Assembly (NCBI GenBank): GCA_963793005.1
Contig: CAWBYP010000006.1
Location: 26,785 to 90,784 of the forward strand
DNA length: 64,000 bases
Origin: an uncultured Gammaproteobacteria bacterium
Lineage (GTDB): Bacteria; Pseudomonadota; Gammaproteobacteria; Steroidobacterales; Steroidobacteraceae
Direction of reading: 5' to 3'
Made by a program: the position numbers and the translations under genes. Of this stretch, positions 9,617 through 18,982 are shown in pieces (positions within the stretch are counted from its first letter, which is position 1; each line of letters starts with the position of its first letter). The notes under the pieces were generated by a model. It saw only the letters and a program-made list of their open reading frames with translations, searched no databases and was not told the DNA's origin.

Positions 9617-10316
9617 CGTCTGCGGCCGGACGGCCTACGAAAGCGTAGCCATGCCCCCACACGGTCTGTATGAACCGGGCGGGCTTGCCTGTGTCGCCTA
9701 TCTTCTGTCGCAGGCGGCTCACGGCGATATCGACCGCGCGGGTAAGCAGCGATGCATCGATTCCACGCAGCTCGGCCTGGATCTCGTCGCGCGACATCTT
9801 GCGACCGGCATTGCGCGCCAGCACGCCCAGCAGGTCGAATTCCATCGAGGTCAATTCGACCGGCACACCGTCCACGCTGACCGTACGCACGTCGAGCTGG
9901 ATCCGCAGTCCGTCGAAATCCAGCTGGCGACGGCCGCCGCCGGCTTCAGCGCGCGCCTCCGCACGGCGCAGCACCGACTGGATGCGCGCGACCAGTTCCC
10001 TTGGCTCGAATGGCTTGCAGACGTAGTCGTCGGCGCCAAGCTCGAGGCCCGAGACGCGATCGATTACATCGTCTCGCGCAGTCAGCATCACGATTGGAAT
10101 CGAGCTCTTCCTGCGCACTTCGCGACAGATCTCGAAACCATCGCGCCGCGGCAGCATCACGTCGAGCAGCAGCAGGTCCGGCTCCGCGCTCTCGAGGCGG
10201 GCGAGCCCGGTGTCGGCGTCAGGCGCGCATACCAGGTCGATGCCAAAGCGGGCGAGATACGTCTTCAGCAGCGCCGAGTGCCGCCTGTCGTCGTCGATGA
10301 GGAGGATTGTTGTCAC
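9609..10316 (-). CDS. OmpR-family response regulator
   Basis: 235 aa. Receiver domain ('LLLLDVMLPRRDG') plus a winged-helix output ('IQTVWGHGYAF'). Confidence 0.92.
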   Translation of the reverse strand: MTTILLIDDDRRHSALLKTYLARFGIDLVCAPDADTGLARLESAEPDLLLLDVMLPRRDGFEICREVRRKSSIPIVMLTARDDVIDRVSGLELGADDYVCKPFEPRELVARIQSVLRRAEARAEAGGGRRQLDFDGLRIQLDVRTVSVDGVPVELTSMEFDLLGVLARNAGRKMSRDEIQAELRGIDASLLTRAVDIAVSRLRQKIGDTGKPARFIQTVWGHGYAFVGRPAADDA

Positions 10317-10476
10317 GGCGGCATGTTAACCGGTCGCCGGCGAACGGTCTCCGGTGCAGGGGCGCCTGTTGCGATTCGTTACAAATCGTTACCGGCCTGA
10401 GACCACTTCGACGCCCTGGTTCGGGAAACTCTCGACCCGCGACGAACATCCCCCACGGCAAACGAAGGTCCAGACA

Positions 10477-11844
10477 ATGATCAATCCAGTCAAACTCATC
10501 ACCGCAGCCACGCTGGCCGTCGTGCTGGCCGGCTGCAGCGATTCCTCCAACAACAAGAAGCCGGATGAGGTGGTCCCTCCCCCGGCGCAGTTCAAGGTCC
10601 AGGCGCTGCACGCTTCGCCGGACGCTCCGGCGGTGAACCTGTCCGTAGGCTCGGCCACGATCTCCGATGTGGACTACAAGGACGGTACCGGTGCGCTGTC
10701 ACTAAACGTCGGCACATATTCGGTCAAGGTTGACGGCATCGTGCCTGGCGGGACCGCCACCGTTATCGGTCCGGTCGACCTGACCTTTGCCGCCGATACG
10801 CTCTACAGCATCGTCGCGGTCGGCAGCGTCGCAAATATTGAGGCGCTGGTCCTCGAGCAGCCCGACACCGCAGTGCCTGCGGGCTCAGTGCGGCTGCGCC
10901 TCGTCCACGCCGCGCCGATGGCCCCGCAGGTCGACGTCTACCTCACTGCGCCGGGCGCGGACCTGACAATGTCGGCACCTGCCGGAACGTTCTCGTTCGG
11001 CGAGGATCTCGGTCCGCTCGAGGTACCCGCCAGCGATTACCAGGCGCGAGTGACGCTGGCCGGCGATGCCTCCACCGTGGTCTACGACACGGGAACCATC
11101 ACCCTTTCGTCCGGAAGCAACCTGCTGCTCGCGGCCGTCGAGAATACCTCGACAGGCACGGCTCCAATCAGCCTGGTCGTCCTGGACGGCAGTGGCTCGT
11201 CGGAGATCCTGGATGCAGAGACTCCGGCCGACCTGCGGGTCGTGCACGCTTCGCCCGACGCACCCCCGGTGGACATCGTCGTCAATGACGACTTTGCCAA
11301 CCCGCTGGTGCCGGACCTCGGCTTCCCGAACTTCACGCCGTTCGTCAGCGTCCCGCCCGCGACCTACAACGTCAAGGTCACCGACTCTGCCACGCAGACG
11401 GTTGTGCCGATCGACGCCGACCTCGATCTGATGGCGGGCGTCCGCTACACGGTGCTGGCGGTCGGCAACCTGGCCGAAATCGAGCCGCTGGTCGCGACCG
11501 ATGACGCGCGCAGGGTTGCCACGAATGCCAAGGTGCGGATCATCCATGCCTCGCCGACCGCCCAGGACGTCGACATCTACGTCACGGCGCCCGGCGTCGA
11601 CATCAACACGGTCGGGCCGACGCTGACGGCAGTGCCGTTCAAGGCAAACACCGGCTTCATCGCGCTCGCCGCAGGATCCTATGACGTGACCGTCACGCCG
11701 ACCGGCACCAAGAATGCCGCGATCGGTCCGGCAACGATCACTGTCGAGAACGGTGGGATCTACACAGCCATCGCACGCGACGCCGAAGGCGGCGCCGGCG
11801 GCGCGCCGCTCGGACTGATCCTGATGGACGATTTCGCGCCGTAA
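10477..11844 (+). CDS. DUF4397-type repeat lipoprotein
   Basis: Start moved to 'MINPVKLITAATLAVVLAGCS', which has a lipobox. Four repeats of about 110 aa each open with 'HA(S/A)P.AP.V(D/N)'. Confidence 0.8.
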   Translation: MINPVKLITAATLAVVLAGCSDSSNNKKPDEVVPPPAQFKVQALHASPDAPAVNLSVGSATISDVDYKDGTGALSLNVGTYSVKVDGIVPGGTATVIGPVDLTFAADTLYSIVAVGSVANIEALVLEQPDTAVPAGSVRLRLVHAAPMAPQVDVYLTAPGADLTMSAPAGTFSFGEDLGPLEVPASDYQARVTLAGDASTVVYDTGTITLSSGSNLLLAAVENTSTGTAPISLVVLDGSGSSEILDAETPADLRVVHASPDAPPVDIVVNDDFANPLVPDLGFPNFTPFVSVPPATYNVKVTDSATQTVVPIDADLDLMAGVRYTVLAVGNLAEIEPLVATDDARRVATNAKVRIIHASPTAQDVDIYVTAPGVDINTVGPTLTAVPFKANTGFIALAAGSYDVTVTPTGTKNAAIGPATITVENGGIYTAIARDAEGGAGGAPLGLILMDDFAP

Positions 11845-11878
11845 TCTTACCGGCAACTGTTCCCCCCCCCCGAGATTT

Positions 11879-11906
11879 GCCCCGCCCATTGGCGGGGCTT
11901 TTTTTT
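11879..11906 (+). terminator. rho-independent terminator
   Basis: The stem GCCCCGCC / GGCGGGGC has the loop CATT and is followed by T8. It lies 35 nt after the DUF4397 stop. Confidence 0.7.
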
Positions 11907-11963
11907 GCTGCGCCGACATCGGCCGCCACTGCGATCAATCCCGCATCGGCTCGACGCGGATAC

Positions 11964-12905
11964 TCATCCCTCGCAGCCTTCACCTCGCGACCAGTGCAGG
12001 ATCGCGCCGGTCGTGATACCCGGATCCCACGGGACGGCCCTGTCGCGCCCTGCGGCCTTCGCCATCAGCAGCGCCTTGTCGGCCCGGTCGATCGACTCCT
12101 CGATGCTGATATCGGGATCGAGCAGCGCGAGTCCGAACGAGGCGGTCGCGCGGATCGAGCGGCCGTCCGCGCTGGCGACGAACGTCTGCTGTCCGAAACC
12201 GGCGCTGATGCGCTCGACCAGGTGCAGTGCGTCCGGCACATCGATGCCAGGAAGCGAGATCAGGAATTCATCGCCACCGTATCGAAAGACCTTGTCGTAA
12301 GGCCGCAGGTGTCCGGTGACGTAGCGGACTGCGCCGGCCAGGACCTGGTCGCCCACTGTATGGCCGTGCGTATCGTTGATGTCCTTGAGGTGGTCCAGGT
12401 CCATGAAGGCGACGCAGCACTGCTGCACTTCCCGTTTTGCCAGTTCGTGCCACTCACGCAACTCAGGCAACAGGTGCCTGCGGCCATAGGCGCCGGTCAG
12501 GGTGTCGCTGCCACGCAGGATGTCCTGGACCTCGTGCCGCAGTGAATCGAGTTCGAGGCACAATCGAGCGCTGGCAGCCATGAACTCGTCATATGACTCG
12601 CGGCCGACCGGCAGGTCGGCCGCCGCATCGCGAAGCAGCGCTGCAGCGATCACGTGCAAACGCTCATGTTCCGACTCCATTGCCGCAAACATCGCCTGCC
12701 GCCGCAATTCAGCCGATGCCTCGGCGTAATACCACTGGCCGAATCGACAATTCTGGTGTGCGTCGTCGGCGAGGTCGTCCGGACTGCACCGCAGCCTGCA
12801 GACAATCGTGCGAATCAGGCGCTCGTGCCACTCGGCATGATCATGCGTCGCCTGCAGCAGTTGCTGCAGCGTGGCCCGCAAACCGGCTGTGTCCGCGCTG
12901 AACAT
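11964..12905 (-). CDS. diguanylate cyclase with N-terminal CZB-like (zinc-sensing) domain
   Basis: 313 aa. The N-terminal pattern 'HDHAEWH...CRFGQWYY...SEHERLH' is CZB-like. The C-terminus is a GGDEF domain ('RYGGDEF'). Confidence 0.85.
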   Translation of the reverse strand: MFSADTAGLRATLQQLLQATHDHAEWHERLIRTIVCRLRCSPDDLADDAHQNCRFGQWYYAEASAELRRQAMFAAMESEHERLHVIAAALLRDAAADLPVGRESYDEFMAASARLCLELDSLRHEVQDILRGSDTLTGAYGRRHLLPELREWHELAKREVQQCCVAFMDLDHLKDINDTHGHTVGDQVLAGAVRYVTGHLRPYDKVFRYGGDEFLISLPGIDVPDALHLVERISAGFGQQTFVASADGRSIRATASFGLALLDPDISIEESIDRADKALLMAKAAGRDRAVPWDPGITTGAILHWSRGEGCEG

Positions 12906-12981
12906 CGGCGTCCACCTGAATATGCCACGCGCTAGTCAGAGGTTGGCACAGCTGGCGTCCATTGACCATTCGCAACCACCA

Positions 12982-15759
12982 CTAGGAATTGCCGGTTACG
13001 CGGCAGGCTGCGTACTTGAATTCCGGGATCTTGCCGAACGGATCCAGTGCCGGATTCGTCAGCCGGTTGGCCGGCGCCTCTGCGTAGCAGAAGGGCACGA
13101 ACACCATCCCTTCGCGCATCAGCGGGTCCACCCTCGCGGCAAGCGTGATTCGACCACGTCGCGTCACGATGCTGACCGGGTCACCAGCTTCGACACCCAG
13201 TCGCACGAGTTCTCCGGGCGCCATCGATGCCACCGCCGCCGGCTCCAGTTCGTCCAGCACGCGGGTACGCCGGGTCATCGAGCCGGTGTGCCAGTGCTCG
13301 AGCTGTCGCCCCGTGATCAGCACGACCGGGAACTCGGCGTCCACCGGCTCGTCCGGCGGCAACGGCCATGCCCGTGTAAAGCGTGCGCGCCCGCTCGCGG
13401 TCGGGAACCGCTCCCCGAACACGACGTCCTGGCCCGGCGCGTCTGTCGCTGCACATGGATAGGTCACCGAGCCTTCACGCTCGACGCGCGCCCAGTCGAT
13501 GTGGTCGAGCGAGGCCATGCCCCGCTGCATCTCGGCAAAGACGTCGCGCGGATGATCGTAGTTCCAGGCCAGGCCGAAACGCCGTGCGACCTGCTGGATG
13601 ATCCACCAGTCCGGACGCGCGTCTCCCGGCAGCGGAACCGCTGCCCGTCCCATCTGCACCTGGCGATTCGTGTTGGTCACCGTGCCGTCCTTTTCGGGCC
13701 AGGCAGATGCCGGCAGGATCACGTCCGCGAACTGGGCAGTCTCGGTCACGAAAAGTTCCTGCACGACCAGGTGTTCGAGCTTCGCGAGTGCCGCCCGCGC
13801 ATTGTCCAGGTCGGGGTCCGACATCGCCGGGTTCTCGCCGAGGATGTACATGCCACGGATCGTGCCTGCGTGGATCGCATGCATGATCTCGACGACCGTC
13901 AGTCCTGGCTTCGGATCCAGCGGCGCCTGCCACAGTTCCTCGAACGCTGCCCGGTACTGGTCATTTCCCACCGGCCGGTAGTCCGGAAAAACCATCGGGA
14001 TCAATCCGGCATCCGAGGCACCCTGCACGTTGTTCTGGCCGCGCAGCGGATGCAGGCCGGTTCCCGCGCGGCCGACGTGGCCGGTGCAGAGTGCCAGCGA
14101 TATCAGGCAACGGGCGTTGTCGGTGCCGTGCACGTGCTGCGAGATCCCCATGCCCCAGAAGATCATCGCCCGGCCGGCCGTGGCATAGGTCCTGGCGATG
14201 TCGCGGATTTCGTCGGGTAGCACGCCGCACTGTGGCGACATCGCCTCAGGCGTCATCGCCTGCAGGTGTTCACGTAGCGCCTCGAATCCTTCGGTGTGCG
14301 CCGCGACGTATTTCTCGTCGTAAAGGTGCTCGGTGACGATGACGTTCAGCATCGCATTCAGCAGCGCCACGTCGGCGCCGGGCGTGAAGCGCAGTACCCG
14401 GTGGGCGTAGTCGCCGAGCGCCTGTCCGCGCGGGTCCAGCACGATCAATTTCGTGCCCCGCTTCGCCGCCTGCTTGAAATACGTTGCGGCCACCGGATGG
14501 TTCACCGCCGGGTTGCAACCAATCAGGATCGCCACGTCCGCCTCGGCGACCTGCATGAACGATGCAGTCACGGCGCCCGAACCGATGCACTCCATCAGCG
14601 CGGCGACCGAACTCGCGTGGCACAGGCGTGTGCAGTGATCCACGTTGTTCGAGCCGAAGCCCGTCCGTACCAGCTTCTGGAACAACCAGGCTTCCTCGTT
14701 GGAGCACTTGGCGCTACCGAACCCGGCCAGTGCAGCCGGGCCATGCGTGTCGCGCAGCGACTTGAGCCCACCGGCTGCGAACTCCAGCGCCTCCTCCCAG
14801 CTCGCCTCGCGGAAATGTGTCAGCGGCCGTGCCGGATCAAACCCGGGATCGATTCCCTTCGGCACGCCCTCGCGACGGATCAATGGCCGCAGCAGCCGCG
14901 CGGGATGCTGTGTGTAGTCGAGACCGAAACGTCCCTTTACGCACAGGCGACCCTGGTTCGACGGCCCGTTGAGTCCCTCGACGTTGACGATCAGGTCGTC
15001 CCTGACGTGATAGGTGAGCTGGCAGCCCACCCCGCAGTACGGGCACACCGAGTCGACCTTGCGATCGGCCAGCGCGGAATCGCCCAGACCCTGCGGATCA
15101 ACCAGGCTCGCGGGCATCAATGCCCCGGTCGGGCAGGCCTGCACACATTCGCCGCAGGCAACGCAGGTGCTCTGCCCCATCGGATCGTCGAAGTCGAACA
15201 CGATCTTCGTACCGGCGCCGCGCCCGGCCAGCCCGATCACGTCGTTCACCTGCACTTCGCGGCAGGCACGCACGCACAAGCCACAGTCGATGCACGCCTC
15301 GAGGTTCACCTGCATTGCCGTATGCGACGCGTCGCGTCGCGCCGGATCGGGGGCGCGCTGCGGCAATGACTGGCGCGCTGCGGCACCATCGAGTCCCAGT
15401 TGCTCGACCGTATGCCAGAAATGGCTGGATCGGTCCGGTGACTTCGCGCGCTCGGGCTGGTCGGCCAGCAGCAGTTCGACCACCCCTTCGCGCGCGACGC
15501 GGGCGCGATCGGAGGTTGCGCTCCTGACCACCATGCCCGGCGCCGCCTTTCGCAGGCAACTCGCGGCCAGCGCACGCTCGCCCTCGACCTCGACCATGCA
15601 GGCGCGGCAGTTGCCGTCGGCGCGATAGCCCGCGGCATCCTTGAAACACAGGTGCGGGATGTCATCGCCGTAGCGCTTCGCGAGTTCCCAGAGCGTCATG
15701 CCGGCACTGGCGACGACCGTTCGCCCGTCAAGTGTCAGCTCGAAGCTGGCCGTGGGCAT
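12982..15759 (-). CDS. fdsA: NAD-linked formate dehydrogenase alpha subunit (molybdopterin, Fdh1A/FdsA type)
   Basis: Start trimmed to 'MPTASFEL', 8 nt after the upstream stop. It has a 2Fe-2S motif 'CFKDAAGYRADGNCRAC' and 4Fe-4S motifs 'CIDCGLCVRAC', 'CVACGECVQACP' and 'CPYCGVGC'. The body is a molybdopterin oxidoreductase with Cys at the active site ('RLCHASSV'). Confidence 0.92.
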   Translation of the reverse strand: MPTASFELTLDGRTVVASAGMTLWELAKRYGDDIPHLCFKDAAGYRADGNCRACMVEVEGERALAASCLRKAAPGMVVRSATSDRARVAREGVVELLLADQPERAKSPDRSSHFWHTVEQLGLDGAAARQSLPQRAPDPARRDASHTAMQVNLEACIDCGLCVRACREVQVNDVIGLAGRGAGTKIVFDFDDPMGQSTCVACGECVQACPTGALMPASLVDPQGLGDSALADRKVDSVCPYCGVGCQLTYHVRDDLIVNVEGLNGPSNQGRLCVKGRFGLDYTQHPARLLRPLIRREGVPKGIDPGFDPARPLTHFREASWEEALEFAAGGLKSLRDTHGPAALAGFGSAKCSNEEAWLFQKLVRTGFGSNNVDHCTRLCHASSVAALMECIGSGAVTASFMQVAEADVAILIGCNPAVNHPVAATYFKQAAKRGTKLIVLDPRGQALGDYAHRVLRFTPGADVALLNAMLNVIVTEHLYDEKYVAAHTEGFEALREHLQAMTPEAMSPQCGVLPDEIRDIARTYATAGRAMIFWGMGISQHVHGTDNARCLISLALCTGHVGRAGTGLHPLRGQNNVQGASDAGLIPMVFPDYRPVGNDQYRAAFEELWQAPLDPKPGLTVVEIMHAIHAGTIRGMYILGENPAMSDPDLDNARAALAKLEHLVVQELFVTETAQFADVILPASAWPEKDGTVTNTNRQVQMGRAAVPLPGDARPDWWIIQQVARRFGLAWNYDHPRDVFAEMQRGMASLDHIDWARVEREGSVTYPCAATDAPGQDVVFGERFPTASGRARFTRAWPLPPDEPVDAEFPVVLITGRQLEHWHTGSMTRRTRVLDELEPAAVASMAPGELVRLGVEAGDPVSIVTRRGRITLAARVDPLMREGMVFVPFCYAEAPANRLTNPALDPFGKIPEFKYAACRVTGNS

Positions 15760-15767
15760 GTCGTCGC

Positions 15768-17490
15768 TCACCGACCCGTCTCCCCGGCAACGATGCGGAT
15801 TCCCTGGCTCGCCAGGCGGTCGCGGAAATGATCGAGCGCTCCCAGCACTGGGTTCGGAGCCGCCTGGCCCAGGCCGCAAATCGATGCATCCATCATCACC
15901 TGCGACAGCCTGCGCAATTGCGCCTCGTCCCACTCGTCGCGACGCAGCAGCGCAAGCATCTTCCCGGTGCCGACCCGGCAGGGCGTGCACTGGCCGCAGG
16001 ACTCGTCGGCGAAGAAGGCCATCAGGTTCGTCAGCACGGCGCGCAGGTCGTCACGGGTCGAAACGACGATGATCGCCGCTGAGCCGATGAAGCAGCCATG
16101 CGGCTGCAGCGTGTCGAAGTCGAGCGGGAGGTCCGACTTCGATGCCGGCAGCATGCCGCCGGACGCGCCACCTGGCAGGTAGCCGAGCAGTTCGTGGCCC
16201 TCGGCCATGCCGCCGCAATATTCGTTGACCAGTTCGCTGAGGGTGATGCCGGCAGGCGCCAGGTGGACGCCGGGTTTCCTCACACGCCCGGAGACGGAAA
16301 AACTGCGCAGGCCCTTTCGGCCGTGGCGTCCCTGCTGCGCAAACCATTCGCCGCCACGGCGATGGATCTCCGGGATCCAGTAGACCGTCTCGACGTTGTT
16401 GACGAGCGTCGGTCGATCAAACAGGCCGCGCTCGGCGACGTACGGCGGGCGGTGCCGCGGCTTGCCCGGCTTGCCTTCCAGCGACTCGATCAACGCCGAT
16501 TCCTCGCCGCAGATGTAGGCGCCGGCGCCGCGTCGAAGCACGATGAAGCCAGGTGCCGCAATACCCGCGTGCTCGACCTCGGCGATTGCCCGCTGCAGCA
16601 CCTCGTGCAGGCCCGGGTACTCGTCGCGCAGGTAGACGTAGAGCGCAGTGGCCCCGATGATCTCGGCGCTCACAAGCGCACCCTCGAGGAACTGGTGCGG
16701 CTCGCGCTCCAGGTAGTGTCGATCCTTGAACGTGCCCGGCTCGCCTTCGTCCGCATTGATCACTGCATATCGCGGAGCCGGACATGCCAGCACTGCCTGC
16801 CACTTTCGTTGCGTCGGGAAACCCGCCCCGCCCAGCCCGCGCAGTCCGGCGGCTTCGAGCATGGCGGCGAGGTCCTCGACGCTGACCCGTCGCTCGCGCA
16901 GGTCGGCGAGCAGCTTGTAGCCGCCCCGCGCACGATAGGAGTCCAGCGCGGGCCAGTCGATCGGCTCAGGCTCGAATCGTCCCGCATCGATTGCAGCGTG
17001 CACCCGTTCGGGCGTGGCGTGGCCGACGCTGCGATGCCCGACCTGCGCTGCGGGTGCCTCGTCGCAATGTCCCATGCACGGTGCGGCGACGATCCTGATA
17101 CGGGCGGGATCCGTGCCTGCGGCCAGCGCGCGCTCGAGCGCTTCGGCGCCGGCAAGCTGGCACGACAGTGACTCGCAGACGCGAACCGTCAGCGGCGCCG
17201 GAGGTGCCTCGCCGTCGTCAACGAAATCGAAATGCGCGTAGAAGGTCGCCGTCTCGAACACCGCGGCCATCGGCAGCCGCATCCAGCGTGCGAGCGCGAC
17301 CAGGTGACGCGCGGAGAGGTGGCCGTAGCGGTCCTGCAGCACGTGCAGGTGCTCGATGAGCTGGTCGCGGGCTCTGCGACCGTCCCGCCAGCAATGCTTC
17401 CACCTCGCGCATGGCCGCCGGATCCAGCTCGCGTCCGCGTGGCCGGCCCCTGGCCGGTCGGCGTAGATCGGACTGCTGGATCCGAGTCAT
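15768..17490 (-). CDS. fdsB: NAD-linked formate dehydrogenase beta subunit (NuoE-like + NuoF-like fusion); N-terminal about 45 codons are in another frame in this assembly
   Basis: The main ORF is 15768-17342. It has a NuoE-like part ('ETATFYAHF', 'CESLSC', 'CMGHCDEAP') and a NuoF-like part ('GLRGLGGAGFPT', 'ESCGQCTPCR'). The conserved 'RDQLIEHLHVLQDRYGHL' continues upstream of the GTG. The logical start 'MTRIQQSD...REVEALLAGRSQS' (ATG 17490) is one frame off. Confidence 0.85.
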
Positions 17491-17535
17491 CGCAGCATCC
17501 CTCCGGGAGCCCCGTGGAAAGGTATCCACCCGATA

Positions 17536-18654
17536 CTAACGCACGCGATCGCTGTTTCCCGTAAGTGCACACGCCGAACAGCCGGGATCCGGCTGGACCT
17601 CGAACTCCGCGAAGCGGCCGTGGAGTGCATCGTAATGCAGCATCCGTCCGACCAGTGGATCACCGGTATTCAGCAGCAACTTCAATGCCTCGGCGGCCTG
17701 CAGCATGCCGATTACGCCAGGCACGACGCCGAGCACCCCCGCCTCCGCGCAGGACGGTGCGAGTTCGGGCGGCGGCGGCTCCGGATAGAGGCATTGGTAG
17801 CAGGGACCAGCCGCCCCGGGTCGCCCGGGCCAGAAGACGCTCACCTGCCCCTCGAAGCGGAACACCGAGCCGTGCACGTCCGGGATGCCGAGCGCGACGC
17901 AGGCGTCGTTGACGGCGTAGCGCGTCGCGAAGTTGTCCGAGCCGTCGATGACCAGGTGATGCCCCGCCAGCACCTCGCGCGCATTCGACCTTTCCAGGCG
18001 AACCGCAATGGCCGAAACCTCGATCTCCGGGTTCAGTGCCCGCAAGGCCTGTTGCGCGGACTGCACCTTGAGCGTTCCGGTGCCGGCATCGTTGTGCAGC
18101 ACCTGGCGCTGCAGGTTGCTGCGCTCGACGCGATCGTCGTCGACCAGCGTCAGGTGGCCGACGCCGGCCGCCGCAAGGTATAGCGCGGCGGGCGAACCCA
18201 GGCCTCCCACTCCCACCATCAGCACACGGCTTTCGCGCAACCGCTTCTGCCCGGACTCTCCAACCTCCGGCAACGACAGCTGGCGAGCGTAGCGCTCCCG
18301 GTCGAGGTCGCCCTCGCGAGGTGGACGGGTCGTCGGCAGGCCTTCACGTCGCCAGCGCGCAAATCCGCCGCTGATAGAACGCACGTCACTGTAGCCGAGA
18401 TTCGTGAGCTGCCGTGCGGCCGCGAGCGAGCGGACGCCACTCGCGCACAGCAGCAGCAGTGTCGCCGCGCGATCGGGCACGAGTTGCGCTATTCGGCTCT
18501 CGATGTCGCAGCGCGGAACGTGGGTCGCACTTTCGGCCGTGCCCGCGAGCAATTCCATCGCATCGCGCACGTCCAGCATCACGGCACCGCGATGCAGCAG
18601 TTCCAACGCCTCGCGGGGATCGACCTCACCGACTCCTGGGGCGCGTGCGTTCAC
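17536..18654 (-). CDS. moeB: sulfur-carrier adenylyltransferase (MoeB/MoeZ/ThiF E1 family) with N-terminal rhodanese domain
   Basis: 372 aa. The N-terminal rhodanese has the active-site loop 'CASGVRS'. The E1 domain shows 'VGVGGLGSPAALYLAAAGVG...DDDRVERSNLQRQ' and CxxC pairs 'CYQC' and 'CSAC'. Confidence 0.88.
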   Translation of the reverse strand: MNARAPGVGEVDPREALELLHRGAVMLDVRDAMELLAGTAESATHVPRCDIESRIAQLVPDRAATLLLLCASGVRSLAAARQLTNLGYSDVRSISGGFARWRREGLPTTRPPREGDLDRERYARQLSLPEVGESGQKRLRESRVLMVGVGGLGSPAALYLAAAGVGHLTLVDDDRVERSNLQRQVLHNDAGTGTLKVQSAQQALRALNPEIEVSAIAVRLERSNAREVLAGHHLVIDGSDNFATRYAVNDACVALGIPDVHGSVFRFEGQVSVFWPGRPGAAGPCYQCLYPEPPPPELAPSCAEAGVLGVVPGVIGMLQAAEALKLLLNTGDPLVGRMLHYDALHGRFAEFEVQPDPGCSACALTGNSDRVR

Positions 18655-18656
18655 GG

Positions 18657-18935
18657 CTAGCCTCCCGCCACGGCGGGCAGGATGGTCACCACTTCGCCGG
18701 TGATCACCTGCGTTGCGAGTCCCCGCAGGTCGCGGACATTGACCCGGCCGACAAAGACGTTCACGAACGGACGCAGGTCGCCCCCCGCGTCAAGCAGGCG
18801 CTGCACGAGCTGGGGATGCGACGATGCGAGTTGCTGCAGCACCTCGGCGACAGTGCCCGGCGCGGCGCGCAGTTCGCGCTGCCCGCCGGCGAAGGCCTGC
18901 AGCGCCGCCGGAATCTTCACGACGATCTCGGTCAT
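18657..18935 (-). CDS. moaD: MoaD/ThiS-family sulfur carrier, CysO/archaeal-MoaD-like, C-terminal GG
   Basis: Start trimmed to 'MTEIVVKIP'. The protein ends '...GEVVTILPAVAGG*'. The E1 gene start lies 2 nt beyond the stop codon. Confidence 0.85.
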   Translation of the reverse strand: MTEIVVKIPAALQAFAGGQRELRAAPGTVAEVLQQLASSHPQLVQRLLDAGGDLRPFVNVFVGRVNVRDLRGLATQVITGEVVTILPAVAGG

Positions 18936-18982
18936 CGGCCTGATTGTAGGCCGCATCGACGTGACTCGCCCGGCTCCGGGAC

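Noticed and set aside
17189-17572. 127-aa and 103-aa ORFs (17189-17572 and 17218-17529) as independent genes between moeB and fdsB.
   Set aside because: The 103-aa ORF is the displaced N-terminus of the FDH beta subunit (from ATG 17490), followed by out-of-frame read-through. The 127-aa ORF is a third-frame shadow.
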